DNA of 64,000 nucleotides from a bacterium (GTDB lineage Bacteria; JAAXHH01): NCBI GenBank assembly GCA_965200485.1, contig CBDAUD010000001.1, positions 875,597 to 939,596 of the forward strand, read 5' to 3'. Shown piece by piece: positions 55,749 to 64,000 of this stretch (position 1 is its first letter; each line of letters starts with the position of its first letter). The notes under the pieces were generated by a model. It saw only the letters and a program-made list of their open reading frames with translations, ran no database searches and was not told where the DNA came from. The position numbers and the translations under genes were made by a program.

Positions 55749-56869
55749 AGCGCGTGCTCGTCATCCGGTCGGGCGCGGTCGGGGACCTGATCCTTACGCT
55801 TCCCGTGCTCTCCGCGTTGAAGAAGCGCTATAGTGGTCTGTCCATCGACATGATGGGCAACGCCGGCCGTCTGGCGTTGCTGCAGCATAGCGGTTACGTG
55901 GACAACGTGCTTTCTATAGACGATCGGCAATACACCCCCCTGTTCGTGAAGCGCGGTCCGACTCCTGCGCAGCCGATCACGCACGACCTCGGATCCTACG
56001 ATGCGATCATCTCCTACCTGCCGGATTCCACCGGGGTATTCGCAGACAACCTTCGCCGGATCGCGGCCGGTCCCGTTCTCATCGGCCAGGCGCATCCTGT
56101 TCAGGACGCTGCGGATCATGCGGGTACTGGTTATTCTACCCAACGTACCCACATGACCCATGTGCTGATGGAGGCCCTCGCGCCACTGGGTACGGGGCCC
56201 TTGGCCGAGGCGCCGGCGTTGATGCGGCCGGTTCGCGGACCTGCCGAGGCGCCGGCGTTGATGCGGCCGGTTCGCGGACCTGCCGAGGCGCCGGCGTTGA
56301 TGCGGCCGGTTCGCGGACCTGCCGAGGCGCCGGCGTTGAAGTCGTCCGTTCGTGCGCGTCCGGCCGTCGCTTCCGATCCCCATGCGGGCAACCGGCTGAT
56401 TGCCGTGCACCCGGGCAGTGGCGGGAGGGAGAAATGCTGGCCGGCCGAACGATACGCGGCGTTGATCGAAGCGCTGGCAGACAAGGGGTTGGAGCCGGTC
56501 GTCACATTCGGACCTGCCGACGAGGAAATTCGAAGTCGGGTCGCGCCGCGGATTGAGGGTAGCGGGGTCCGTATCGTTGACGACCTGAACCTGGCCTCGT
56601 TGAGTGTGTTGCTGGCCCGATGTGCGGTCCTGATCGGCAATGATTCGGGCGTCACGCATCTGGCCGCGGCCCTGGGCATCCCGGTCGTTGCGCTCTTCGG
56701 GCCGACCGACCCGGCTGTCTGGGGACCCAGGGGAAAGCAGGTACGGATAATGTGGGGAGATGAAACGGTTGAGGGAGATGTGGGACTGCTTGCTTGGAGG
56801 AAGCCCTTCTGCCCGAGGCGCCTCGCGGATATCGACGTGAACGTGGTAAAAAAACTCGTCGCCGGATAG
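55745..56869 (+). CDS. Glycosyltransferase family 9 (ADP-heptose:LPS heptosyltransferase-like) with internal 13-aa x 3.5 tandem repeat insertion
   Basis: MKRVLVIRSGAVGDLILTLPVL... (GT9 N-terminal) and ...IGNDSGVTHLAAALGIPVVALFGPTDPAVWGP (GT9 C-terminal). The central AEAPALMRPVRGP repeats are encoded by a perfect 39-bp tandem repeat. ATGA overlap with the OCD gene. Confidence 0.85.
   Translation: MKRVLVIRSGAVGDLILTLPVLSALKKRYSGLSIDMMGNAGRLALLQHSGYVDNVLSIDDRQYTPLFVKRGPTPAQPITHDLGSYDAIISYLPDSTGVFADNLRRIAAGPVLIGQAHPVQDAADHAGTGYSTQRTHMTHVLMEALAPLGTGPLAEAPALMRPVRGPAEAPALMRPVRGPAEAPALMRPVRGPAEAPALKSSVRARPAVASDPHAGNRLIAVHPGSGGREKCWPAERYAALIEALADKGLEPVVTFGPADEEIRSRVAPRIEGSGVRIVDDLNLASLSVLLARCAVLIGNDSGVTHLAAALGIPVVALFGPTDPAVWGPRGKQVRIMWGDETVEGDVGLLAWRKPFCPRRLADIDVNVVKKLVAG
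56204..56339 (+). repeat. Perfect in-frame 39-bp tandem repeat (about 3.5 copies) inside the GT9 gene
   Basis: The unit GCCGAGGCGCCGGCGTTGATGCGGCCGGTTCGCGGACCT is repeated at 56204, 56243 and 56282, plus a partial copy at 56321. It encodes AEAPALMRPVRGP repeats. Confidence 0.9.
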
Positions 56870-56890
56870 ACGGAGCGTCGTACCGCGCCG

Positions 56891-57832
56891 TTACCCGACT
56901 GACATGCGCCCGGCGTTTTCCCGAAACGACCAGGTTGCCCGACCCGATTCCCGGATGGTGAGTCGGCACGCCGGACCGAATGTGTGGATGGCGGTCGCGG
57001 AGACCGGCCGGGTTTCCATGGTGAAACCCGTAATTCCGCCCGGTTCACCGGCGTTGCCCGGCTTGGCGTAGTCCGACTTGGCATGACCGTCTTCCGGGGG
57101 AATCCGCTCCACTGTGATGTCGAGATCGGGGCCACGGAAAGTCGTACACGCACCGAAATTGGTCGGATCGTCGCTCACCGTTCCCGCCGCTGCTGCCTCT
57201 TCCCGAGCGTATCCGTAGATCGCCAGTTCCGTTTCGAGCAGGTCTGCCTCGTCGGACGGCAACGCAACCGTCACGGCCTTGATGTCTTGAAAAAGCCGGT
57301 TGGGCAGGTCGTCGCCGATGGCGGCCCGGTACCGGTCAAGCAGGCTGGCCCGCGAGATATCCCCGGACGCGGGAGCGGGAGGCAGGTGAGCCGCCCATCT
57401 GCCCAGAAACCCGGGATCGTATTCCATCACCCACGAGATCAACCGGGCATCGTCCCCGCGCGGGATCTCAAGGGACCAGAACCACGGAACGTCTTCGTTC
57501 CGATACCTTCTGTTGCGCCTGTACCGCTTCACTTTCTTTTCCGTACCCTGCCCCAGTCGGCGCGCCAGTTCTTTCGTGCCCTGCGCCGATTCCATGCCGA
57601 ATGCCAGGCCGTCGCGGGGCGCCCAGGAGGTCTTGTCCGGATTCATGAATTCGAAGTAGGTATGGCGGCCGTAGTAGTATCGACCGGTCCAGGACATCCC
57701 CGTGGCCTGGTCGTGGGTCGTCCGCTCCTCCGAGCAGGCGAAGTAGTCGTTCAGAAACCCGGATGCGGACAGCGCGCGGTAGGTGTCCCGGTCGACAAAT
57801 ACGAGCAGGTGGTTAAGGGAGACGGGGGCCAT
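56891..57832 (-). CDS. Hypothetical protein, no family recognised
   Basis: 313-aa ORF with ordinary composition (not R/H/G-shadow-like). It fills the gap between the GT9 and sulfatase genes, 3 nt from the sulfatase stop. Confidence 0.55.
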   Translation of the reverse strand: MAPVSLNHLLVFVDRDTYRALSASGFLNDYFACSEERTTHDQATGMSWTGRYYYGRHTYFEFMNPDKTSWAPRDGLAFGMESAQGTKELARRLGQGTEKKVKRYRRNRRYRNEDVPWFWSLEIPRGDDARLISWVMEYDPGFLGRWAAHLPPAPASGDISRASLLDRYRAAIGDDLPNRLFQDIKAVTVALPSDEADLLETELAIYGYAREEAAAAGTVSDDPTNFGACTTFRGPDLDITVERIPPEDGHAKSDYAKPGNAGEPGGITGFTMETRPVSATAIHTFGPACRLTIRESGRATWSFRENAGRMSVG

Positions 57833-57835
57833 GGC

Positions 57836-59176
57836 TCAAGCTGAAAATCGGGGATCTTCCTCAACAGGATACTGGGGATCGTCCGAGGCTGAAAGGTCGG
57901 CGGGGCTGTTCAACAGGCCTCCGGGATCCGGCGGCACGACCTCGCGATCAACCAGCGGATCGCCCGTGGAAGCCATCCAGCGGTCCAGACGGGCGCGCAT
58001 GTCGCACAACGTGGCGGCGGCTTCCTGCCGGTCGGCCAGGTTGGCGGTTTCCGACGGATCGAATACCGTGTCATAGAGCCGTTCGCGCGGGACGGTCCGT
58101 TCGCGCCAGCCCTGTTCGATCAGGGCCGATTTTGTCAGCGATGCGTCGCAATTGGTCAGGACGGGCAGTTGTCGGTCGCCGTATCGCCGGATGTATTTCC
58201 ACCGGCGGGTCCGTACGGCGCGCTGGGGTTCGTAGGCCGCGTGGTAGTTCACCTCGGCAAAGACGTTCTCCCGTATCTCCGTAGCCTCCCCCCGCACCAG
58301 AGGATCCATTGAAACCCCCTGCAGCCAGTGCGGCCGTTCGATCCCGGTCAGATCGCAAACGGTCGGGAACAGGTCGATCTGACTCACCATGCCATCGACG
58401 ACCTTGCCGCCGCAGTACCCCGACGGACCGCGGAGAATGAGCATGACGCCCATGCCGTGATCGGTAAGGTGACACTTCATCATGGGAAAGGCAATGCCAT
58501 GATCGGTAGTGCAGACGACCAGGGTATCGTCGCGTCGTCCGTATCGGTCGATGGCCTCCAGCACGCGCCCCATCTTGTGATCGAGCGTGCGCGCGGCATC
58601 GATGAAGAGGCCCATGTCCCGCCGTAGATCGGGGGTGTCCGGGAAAGGCGCCGGTGGACGTACGAAACGGGGATCGGTCTGTGCTTCGCCGTCGGGCTGT
58701 GGCGCGAATCCTGCTCCCCTGCGATGGGTTTCGCCGAAACCCACGTCCAGGAAGAACGGCCGGTCATGGGTTTCCGACAGGAAGGAGACCGCAAGTTCTT
58801 CCGCGGGCATCTTTTCGTTACCGGCCTCCCGCGACATGACTCGGGACCAGCCGGCGTCCTCCACATCGCGAACCACGTGCTGGAATCCGGCCAGCGCCGT
58901 GTCGTATCCCGCTTTGCGCAGGGTGTGCATGATGAGCCGCTCGGGATGGTGGATCGACCATCCGCGGTTGACCAGTCCGAACATGCCGCAGCTGTGCGCC
59001 CACTGCCCGGTGAGCAGGGCGGCTCGACTCGGTGAGCACGTCGGGTTTGCGCAGAAGGCCGACCGGAACAGGACACCCTCTTCCGCCAGTTTCTGCAGCG
59101 CTGGTGTCGGAATAGCATGGCCGTACGGCTGTATGTACCGGCCGGTGTCATGGGAATGGAGGTATACGATATTCAT
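57836..59176 (-). CDS. Sulfatase (formylglycine-dependent arylsulfatase family), no signal peptide
   Basis: About 446 aa from MNIVYLHSHDTG. FGly motif CSPSRAALLTG. C-terminal ...CTTDHG... The track ORF extends to 59383, but the upstream 69 codons are Arg/His-rich and non-native-looking. Confidence 0.85.
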   Translation of the reverse strand: MNIVYLHSHDTGRYIQPYGHAIPTPALQKLAEEGVLFRSAFCANPTCSPSRAALLTGQWAHSCGMFGLVNRGWSIHHPERLIMHTLRKAGYDTALAGFQHVVRDVEDAGWSRVMSREAGNEKMPAEELAVSFLSETHDRPFFLDVGFGETHRRGAGFAPQPDGEAQTDPRFVRPPAPFPDTPDLRRDMGLFIDAARTLDHKMGRVLEAIDRYGRRDDTLVVCTTDHGIAFPMMKCHLTDHGMGVMLILRGPSGYCGGKVVDGMVSQIDLFPTVCDLTGIERPHWLQGVSMDPLVRGEATEIRENVFAEVNYHAAYEPQRAVRTRRWKYIRRYGDRQLPVLTNCDASLTKSALIEQGWRERTVPRERLYDTVFDPSETANLADRQEAAATLCDMRARLDRWMASTGDPLVDREVVPPDPGGLLNSPADLSASDDPQYPVEEDPRFSA

Positions 59177-59205
59177 GGATTGATGGATGTGTTGCGCCCC
59201 GGCTT

Positions 59206-60975
59206 CTACATGCGTTTCGGCACCTCGATGCCGAGGAGGTCCAGCGTCCTTTCCAGCGCCCGCAGCGTGATCCCGGATACGGCGAGCCACGAGGCGCGAC
59301 GTTCGGCGTCTTCCTCGTTCAGGATGTGATGGGTATGGTAGAACCGGTTGTACGTGCTGGCCAGCTGAAATGCATACTCGCACAGGTGGTTCGGCGCGCG
59401 GGTTGCGAAGGCCAGGTCGACGACCGATGGCAACTCGGACAACTTGAGGTGCAGATTGCGTTCCGTTTCTACCTGAGGCGCGACGATCCTGCCCGGCGGA
59501 AGATCGCGGTCCCCCGCTCGCCGCAATACCGACTTGATGCGCACGGCGGCATAGAGGATGTAGGGACCCGTGCGGCCTTCGAAGGAGGAGAAGCGGTCCA
59601 GGTCGAAGACGTAATCCTTGGTTCGGTGGTTCATGAGGTCGGCATACTTCAGGGCGGCCACGCCCACGATACGGGCGATGTCCTCCTTTTCGTCTTCGTC
59701 GTATTCCCGTATCGAATCAATGGTTTCGATACGGGTCCGGGCGTGATCGGTCACGAGCCTGATCAGGTCCTTGAGCTTCATAGTCCCGCCTTCGCGGGTC
59801 TTGAAGGGCTTTCCATCCTTCCCGTTCATGGTCCCGAAGCCGTTATGCTCCAGCCGCGTCGATTGCGGTACCACGCCCGTCTTGTAGGAAGCCTTGAAAA
59901 CCTGCCTGAAATGCTGCTGTTGGCGATTGTCCACCACATACAGCACGTAGTCCGGCTGGAATTGCTCAACGCGCTGCTCGATGGTCGCCAGATCCGTTGT
60001 TCCGTAGAGTACCGCCCCATCGGTTTTCTCCAGCATCAGAGGCGGGATCGTTTCCCTGTCGTCGGGGTCTTCAACCTCCACGACCAGAGCGCCCCGGCTT
60101 TCCTTCGCGTATCCTGCCGCCTTCAGACGCTCAACCAGGCTGTGAACCCGGTCCTGGGTATCGCTCTCGCCGAGCCAAAGGTCGAAGCAGATATTCAACG
60201 ACTGGTAATCCTGCCGTAGATCTTCGACGGAAACATCCCGGAAATGTTTCCAGAGCGCTCGGTAGCCCGGGCGACCGGCCTGAAGCGCAACGGTGGCCTG
60301 ACGCGCCTCCTCTGCGAATGCCGGATCCTCTTTTGCCCTTGCGCTGGCCTGTGGATACAATGCTTCCAGATCTTCGGTGGTCACGGGAGACGCCGAAGGG
60401 TATAGTCCCGAGTAACCGGCATCGAAATAGGGCAGATCCGGGCGGAGATTCCGAAGGCCCACGATGACGAGCCCCATCTGAAGGCCCCAGTCCCCCAGAT
60501 GCACGTCTCCAACGGTTTCGTGGCCTACGAAGCGGCAGATTCGCAGGATGCTTTCGCCTATTATTGCCGCCCGCAGATGACCGACGTGGAGCGGTTTGGC
60601 GACGTTGGCTCCTCCGTAGTCGACGAGGATCTTTCCGGGCGTCGCGACAGTTTCGCAACCCAGTCTGTCATCCTCGTACAGGTCCTGGACGTGGGAAGCG
60701 ACAAACGCATCAGCCAGCACGATATTGATGAATCCCGGGCCGGCAAGGGACAGGTTGTCGAACAGTTCCGGCGCGGAGACGGATTCGATCGCGTTCTGCG
60801 CGATTTTCCTCGGATTGGTTCGGTACGCTTTGGCCGCCGCAAGCGCTCCGTTGCACTGGAATTGGCACAGGTCCGGCCGGTCGGATACGCGCACCTCGCC
60901 GTAGTTTCGATCATAACCGGCCGATTCAAAGGCATCCGAGAACACGACCGTCAGCTTGTCCGCCAGGCTTCCCAC
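59206..60975 (-). CDS. argS: Arginine--tRNA ligase
   Basis: 589 aa. HIGH motif PLHVGHLR, the class I aaRS layout and the C-terminal DALR anticodon-binding region. Confidence 0.92.
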   Translation of the reverse strand: MGSLADKLTVVFSDAFESAGYDRNYGEVRVSDRPDLCQFQCNGALAAAKAYRTNPRKIAQNAIESVSAPELFDNLSLAGPGFINIVLADAFVASHVQDLYEDDRLGCETVATPGKILVDYGGANVAKPLHVGHLRAAIIGESILRICRFVGHETVGDVHLGDWGLQMGLVIVGLRNLRPDLPYFDAGYSGLYPSASPVTTEDLEALYPQASARAKEDPAFAEEARQATVALQAGRPGYRALWKHFRDVSVEDLRQDYQSLNICFDLWLGESDTQDRVHSLVERLKAAGYAKESRGALVVEVEDPDDRETIPPLMLEKTDGAVLYGTTDLATIEQRVEQFQPDYVLYVVDNRQQQHFRQVFKASYKTGVVPQSTRLEHNGFGTMNGKDGKPFKTREGGTMKLKDLIRLVTDHARTRIETIDSIREYDEDEKEDIARIVGVAALKYADLMNHRTKDYVFDLDRFSSFEGRTGPYILYAAVRIKSVLRRAGDRDLPPGRIVAPQVETERNLHLKLSELPSVVDLAFATRAPNHLCEYAFQLASTYNRFYHTHHILNEEDAERRASWLAVSGITLRALERTLDLLGIEVPKRM

Positions 60976-61002
60976 AAAGCTTCCCCTTGCATCAAACCTG
61001 CA

Positions 61003-62865
61003 TCAAAGTACGTACCGTCTCAGGAAATTCTCCACCTCGTTGTAGAAGGCGACCTGCGTTTCCGCCTTGCGCCAGCCGTGCCCCTCCCCTTCGTACAATC
61101 GATAGACATGGGGCACCCTGTTCCGTCGGAGGATTTCTACGATGGCCTCGGCCTGGTCCGGCGGCACGACCTTGTCTTCGCTACCCTGGAAAATGGCGAC
61201 CGGATCGCGGATGCGGTCCGCGTGGAAGAGCGGCGACCAGTCCTGGTACCGCGCACGGTGCTCGGGCAGCGTCCCGACCATCAGATCCAAGTACTTTGCC
61301 TCGAATTTGTGGGTATCCGCGGCCAGGCCAAAGAGATTCGTCACCCCGTATAGGCACAGACCGGCGCGGAAAACGCCCGGATGATGGATGAGGGCGTTGA
61401 GCACGGTGAACCCTCCCGCGCTGCCGCCTTTTATGACGACGCGATCCGAATCCGCGAGCTCCCGTTCGATAAGGGCATGCGCGCCGCTCACGGCATCTTC
61501 CGTGTCGTATTCGCCCCAGTGTTCGCGCAGCGCGGTCATGTAGGCGCGCCCGTAACCGGTACTTCCGCGGTAGTTCACATACAGGCAGGCATAGCCCCGG
61601 TTCGTGAAGAACGGGATCTCGGCCGAATAGTTCGTTCTGTGCTGTCCGGTCGGTCCGCCGTGGATGCTTACGATGGCAGGCGGTCGACCAGAACCGGTGA
61701 ACCGGCCGCTGGCAGGCGGATAGTAGAGTCCGTGCACTTCGCCTCCGCCCGGATTCGTCCAGGTGAGCGGTTCGGGACGGGACAGGTCCGCCGCCGGGAT
61801 CATCTCCGACCGGCTGCGGCGATGTACGGTATGCGCGCGCTCATCCAGGGTGACCACGCGTTCGGGTATGGTAGACGAAGAGGCGATACATGCGACACTG
61901 TGCCGAGTCGGCGATACGGCGACCTGCATCATCCAGGTGTAGCGGGGCGTTTCCAGTTTCGTTTTATCGCCCGACGCCAGGGAAACTTTCCACAGCGACG
62001 CGAATCCCCGTTCGCTACTGCGGTAGAACAGGGTGTCGCCGTCCGGTCCCCAACCGCAGACGCGTTGGCCCTGCGTCCAGGCAGGTTCGGCCAGCGTGGT
62101 CCCCTCGGCCAAAACCCGCTGCTTTCCCGTTTCAAGGTCCATCGCCACCAGACTGTCCCACGTACCATCCGTAATGATGTAGGACAGCCACTTGCCGTCC
62201 GGGGAGAAGGCGGGCTGGAACACCGGCACATCCGCTTCCCCGGCGATCATCTGCTCGTCGGTCAGCACGCGGCGGTCGGTATAGACCCGGCCGGTCTTCA
62301 GCCTTGTGCCGTCCCATGGCATCTGCGGCTGGTCCCATTCGATCCACGCGATGCGCTGGCCGTCCGGGTGCCAGACCGGCTGCATGTAGAAATCGGCGCC
62401 CCGAACCAGGTTGATCGGCCAACCGCTGCCCTCTCCGTCTACCAGCGCGATGACGTCGACGGATTCGAAGGTATGGACATACAGCACCCACTTCGCATCC
62501 GGAGATACAACCGGTGAAGCCGCCGCGCCGAAGGCGGGCGTAATCGCGCTGGCCGGCCCCGCGGACAGGGACTGGCGGTACAGTCTGCCGTCCTTTTCGG
62601 CGAATACGACGAAGTCGTCGGCCACGGTGAAATCCCCACCCCCGTAACCGACGCCGCCCCGGACCGAATGCCCGTCCGTCAGGTCGTACGGCGCATCCTG
62701 GCCCTTTCGGCAAACGAGCACACCGGTGGCGGAACGCTGTTCCAGCCAGACCAGGCCCGAACCGTCGCCGATCCACTGCACATCGTGGAGCGGCGTCCCC
62801 GCGCCCATGACCTGCGCCGTGATGGTACTTTTCCAGTGACCGTACGGGACGGGTTTTCGGTTCAT
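61003..62865 (-). CDS. S9-family serine peptidase (prolyl oligopeptidase/acylaminoacyl-peptidase type) with N-terminal beta-propeller
   Basis: About 620 aa from MNRKPVPYGHW. Propeller repeats (PDGKW..., SPDGK...). Catalytic Ser in GGSAGG. Asp/His in the C-terminal alpha/beta-hydrolase part (DKVVP...GEGHGW). Confidence 0.88.
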   Translation of the reverse strand: MNRKPVPYGHWKSTITAQVMGAGTPLHDVQWIGDGSGLVWLEQRSATGVLVCRKGQDAPYDLTDGHSVRGGVGYGGGDFTVADDFVVFAEKDGRLYRQSLSAGPASAITPAFGAAASPVVSPDAKWVLYVHTFESVDVIALVDGEGSGWPINLVRGADFYMQPVWHPDGQRIAWIEWDQPQMPWDGTRLKTGRVYTDRRVLTDEQMIAGEADVPVFQPAFSPDGKWLSYIITDGTWDSLVAMDLETGKQRVLAEGTTLAEPAWTQGQRVCGWGPDGDTLFYRSSERGFASLWKVSLASGDKTKLETPRYTWMMQVAVSPTRHSVACIASSSTIPERVVTLDERAHTVHRRSRSEMIPAADLSRPEPLTWTNPGGGEVHGLYYPPASGRFTGSGRPPAIVSIHGGPTGQHRTNYSAEIPFFTNRGYACLYVNYRGSTGYGRAYMTALREHWGEYDTEDAVSGAHALIERELADSDRVVIKGGSAGGFTVLNALIHHPGVFRAGLCLYGVTNLFGLAADTHKFEAKYLDLMVGTLPEHRARYQDWSPLFHADRIRDPVAIFQGSEDKVVPPDQAEAIVEILRRNRVPHVYRLYEGEGHGWRKAETQVAFYNEVENFLRRYVL

Positions 62866-63337
62866 TGGGTGATTGGGTTCAGATCTGTTGAGAAGTTGCG
62901 TAGGCCGGTGCCGCCTGGTTGCCTGGTTATACGGCGGTTTCGGAAAGGTCGCCAACACATCACACAATGCCCGTGAAGGAATCTTATGGCTTGTGTACAG
63001 GGGAACCTGTGTTCAAACGGATCAATTGTTACTTGGAAGGCATTTGCCGGTCCGCGGCGCGTCTTTCGTCTTCCAACTCCTGAGACCAACGCACGCCGTC
63101 CACCTTGCGCTCCTGCAGTGAAGCCTGCAATCGGTCGAGCGCACTGAGTTTGGCTTCGCTACCCGGTGATTCTTCCCTGACTGCCAGGGTAAATGTCGAT
63201 TTCATCGTCGTTGTAGCCATAGGTATAGTATACGACCGTTCTCTGACTAAGTCAATCTTCAGCACTGGCCGGTTCGGTGAGGTTGAAAGAGGACCACGGA
63301 ACGGTGCATCACCGATGGCGAAAAACCAGTCCGATCT

Positions 63338-64000
63338 TCAGACGATCTCCACGCCCGCCTCGGCCGCGATGCGCCGCACATTTTCGATGGCAGTCGGGAT
63401 CTTGTCATCGGGCAGGTGTTCGACCAGCATATAGCCGTTTGGATGGAGCGCTTCCCAGCGCCGCACGGCCGTGACGAGGTCGAGTGCTCCGGCTCCGGGC
63501 ACTTCTTCGTTCATGTGGAGGACGAATCCGGGTTCCACACTGATGTCTTTTATGTGTGAAACCGTGGAGATCGGTCCCATGACATCGAAGATGTGGTTGA
63601 TGCGTTCCGTGCTGTCGTATACCTGCGCCAGGGACTGGAAGTGGTTGACGAAATCCATGACCACGCGCACGCGATCGGAACCTACCGCTTCGACAACCTG
63701 CCGGTTGATTTCGGGCGAGCCCATGATCGTCAGCGCGTGGGTCTCGACCACGACCGTCATCTCCTCCTCTTCCGCCTTGGCCGCGATCCGTGCCAAGGTT
63801 TCGATCAGCACATCGCGTCGTTCCGGTTCGTGGTTTTCGGGCGCCGGATCGTAGGACCCCGCCGGGTTCAGGCTGCCGGTCCGGATCAGTACGTTGTGGG
63901 CGTTGAGCGCCCAGCCCACTTCCAAGCCACGGTGGATGGTCCCTACGACCCGGTCGCGAACGGATTCATCCGGGTCGAACAGGCATTCGCGGTAGCCTAT
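63338..64000 (-). CDS. Sugar-phosphate isomerase/epimerase (xylose-isomerase-like TIM barrel), N-terminus beyond window end
   Basis: The minus-strand frame is open from beyond 64000 to the stop at 63338. ...VVETHALTIMGSPEINRQVVEAVGSDRVRVVMDF... is typical of the AP-endonuclease-2/xylose-isomerase-like fold. Confidence 0.7.
   Translation of the reverse strand: MGYRECLFDPDESVRDRVVGTIHRGLEVGWALNAHNVLIRTGSLNPAGSYDPAPENHEPERRDVLIETLARIAAKAEEEEMTVVVETHALTIMGSPEINRQVVEAVGSDRVRVVMDFVNHFQSLAQVYDSTERINHIFDVMGPISTVSHIKDISVEPGFVLHMNEEVPGAGALDLVTAVRRWEALHPNGYMLVEHLPDDKIPTAIENVRRIAAEAGVEIV

Noticed and set aside
59177-59383. N-terminal 69-codon extension of the sulfatase ORF
   Set aside because: Arg/His-rich and non-native-looking. 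The conserved sulfatase N-terminus begins at the internal Met (59176).
63029-63265. 78-aa minus-strand ORF between the S9 peptidase and sugar isomerase genes
   Set aside because: GTG start without a recognisable Shine-Dalgarno, no family resemblance and charged low-complexity sequence. Possibly real but unsupported.

Overview
This is a high-GC (about 65%), densely coding bacterial chromosomal window on both strands. No rRNA, tRNA or CRISPR is evident. Gene content (bacillithiol genes, an Alternative Complex III cluster fused to a caa3 oxidase cluster, a DUF5916/CBM9-like outer-membrane protein, a FeS/tungsten/FAD aldehyde ferredoxin oxidoreductase (AOR) operon) suggests an aerobic Gram-negative of the FCB/Rhodothermota-Bacteroidota-Gemmatimonadota type. 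That is an inference, not a database result.

Recognisable blocks:
- 1-9518, minus strand: a tightly packed four-gene operon. It holds two paralogs of an uncharacterised ~660-aa polytopic membrane protein, a 1522-aa protein fusing a PA/M28 aminopeptidase to a MacB/FtsX-type permease, and an amidohydrolase. A third paralog (16517-18538) sits upstream of a rhodanese.
- 9657-12278: an MMPL/RND-type exporter.
- 12333-15901: bshC-bshB-bshA, the complete bacillithiol biosynthesis set as one operon.
- 18727-20589: an NAD-dependent epimerase/dehydratase and a phytanoyl-CoA-dioxygenase (PhyH) family oxygenase.
- 20709-22769: two tandem DUF4097 beta-helix proteins with a shared upstream motif.
- 22820-27505: a PLP-dependent threonine-dehydratase-like enzyme, a DUF5916 protein and an outer-membrane beta-barrel.
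- 27580-31377, minus strand: an AorABC-like three-subunit tungsten AOR operon (4Fe-4S ferredoxin, W-AOR, FAD/NAD(P) oxidoreductase).
- 31759-33327: a rhodanese and a D-2-hydroxyacid dehydrogenase.
- 33420-34876: a lower-GC islet with a ferredoxin:thioredoxin reductase catalytic-subunit-like protein and a compact gamma-class N6-adenine methyltransferase.
- 34877-47486: a 12-gene respiratory supercluster, actABCDEF, a small TM protein, sco, coxBACD.
- 47487-51700: a lower-GC accessory island. It carries a repeat-laden Big_2 + leucine-rich-repeat lipoprotein, a MITE-like inverted-repeat element, possible gene remnants and a stand-alone retropepsin-like aspartic protease.
- 51689-64000: CreD-family and DUF1624 membrane proteins, a 36-aa ultra-basic peptide, an ornithine cyclodeaminase (OCD), a GT9 heptosyltransferase with a perfect 39-bp in-frame tandem repeat, a hypothetical protein, a sulfatase without signal peptide, ArgS, an S9 peptidase and a partial sugar-phosphate isomerase.

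The most unusual content is the paralogous membrane-protein/peptidase-permease operon. Next come the thiol/sulfur redox theme, the AorABC-like operon in an aerobic-respiration context, and the lower-GC islands.
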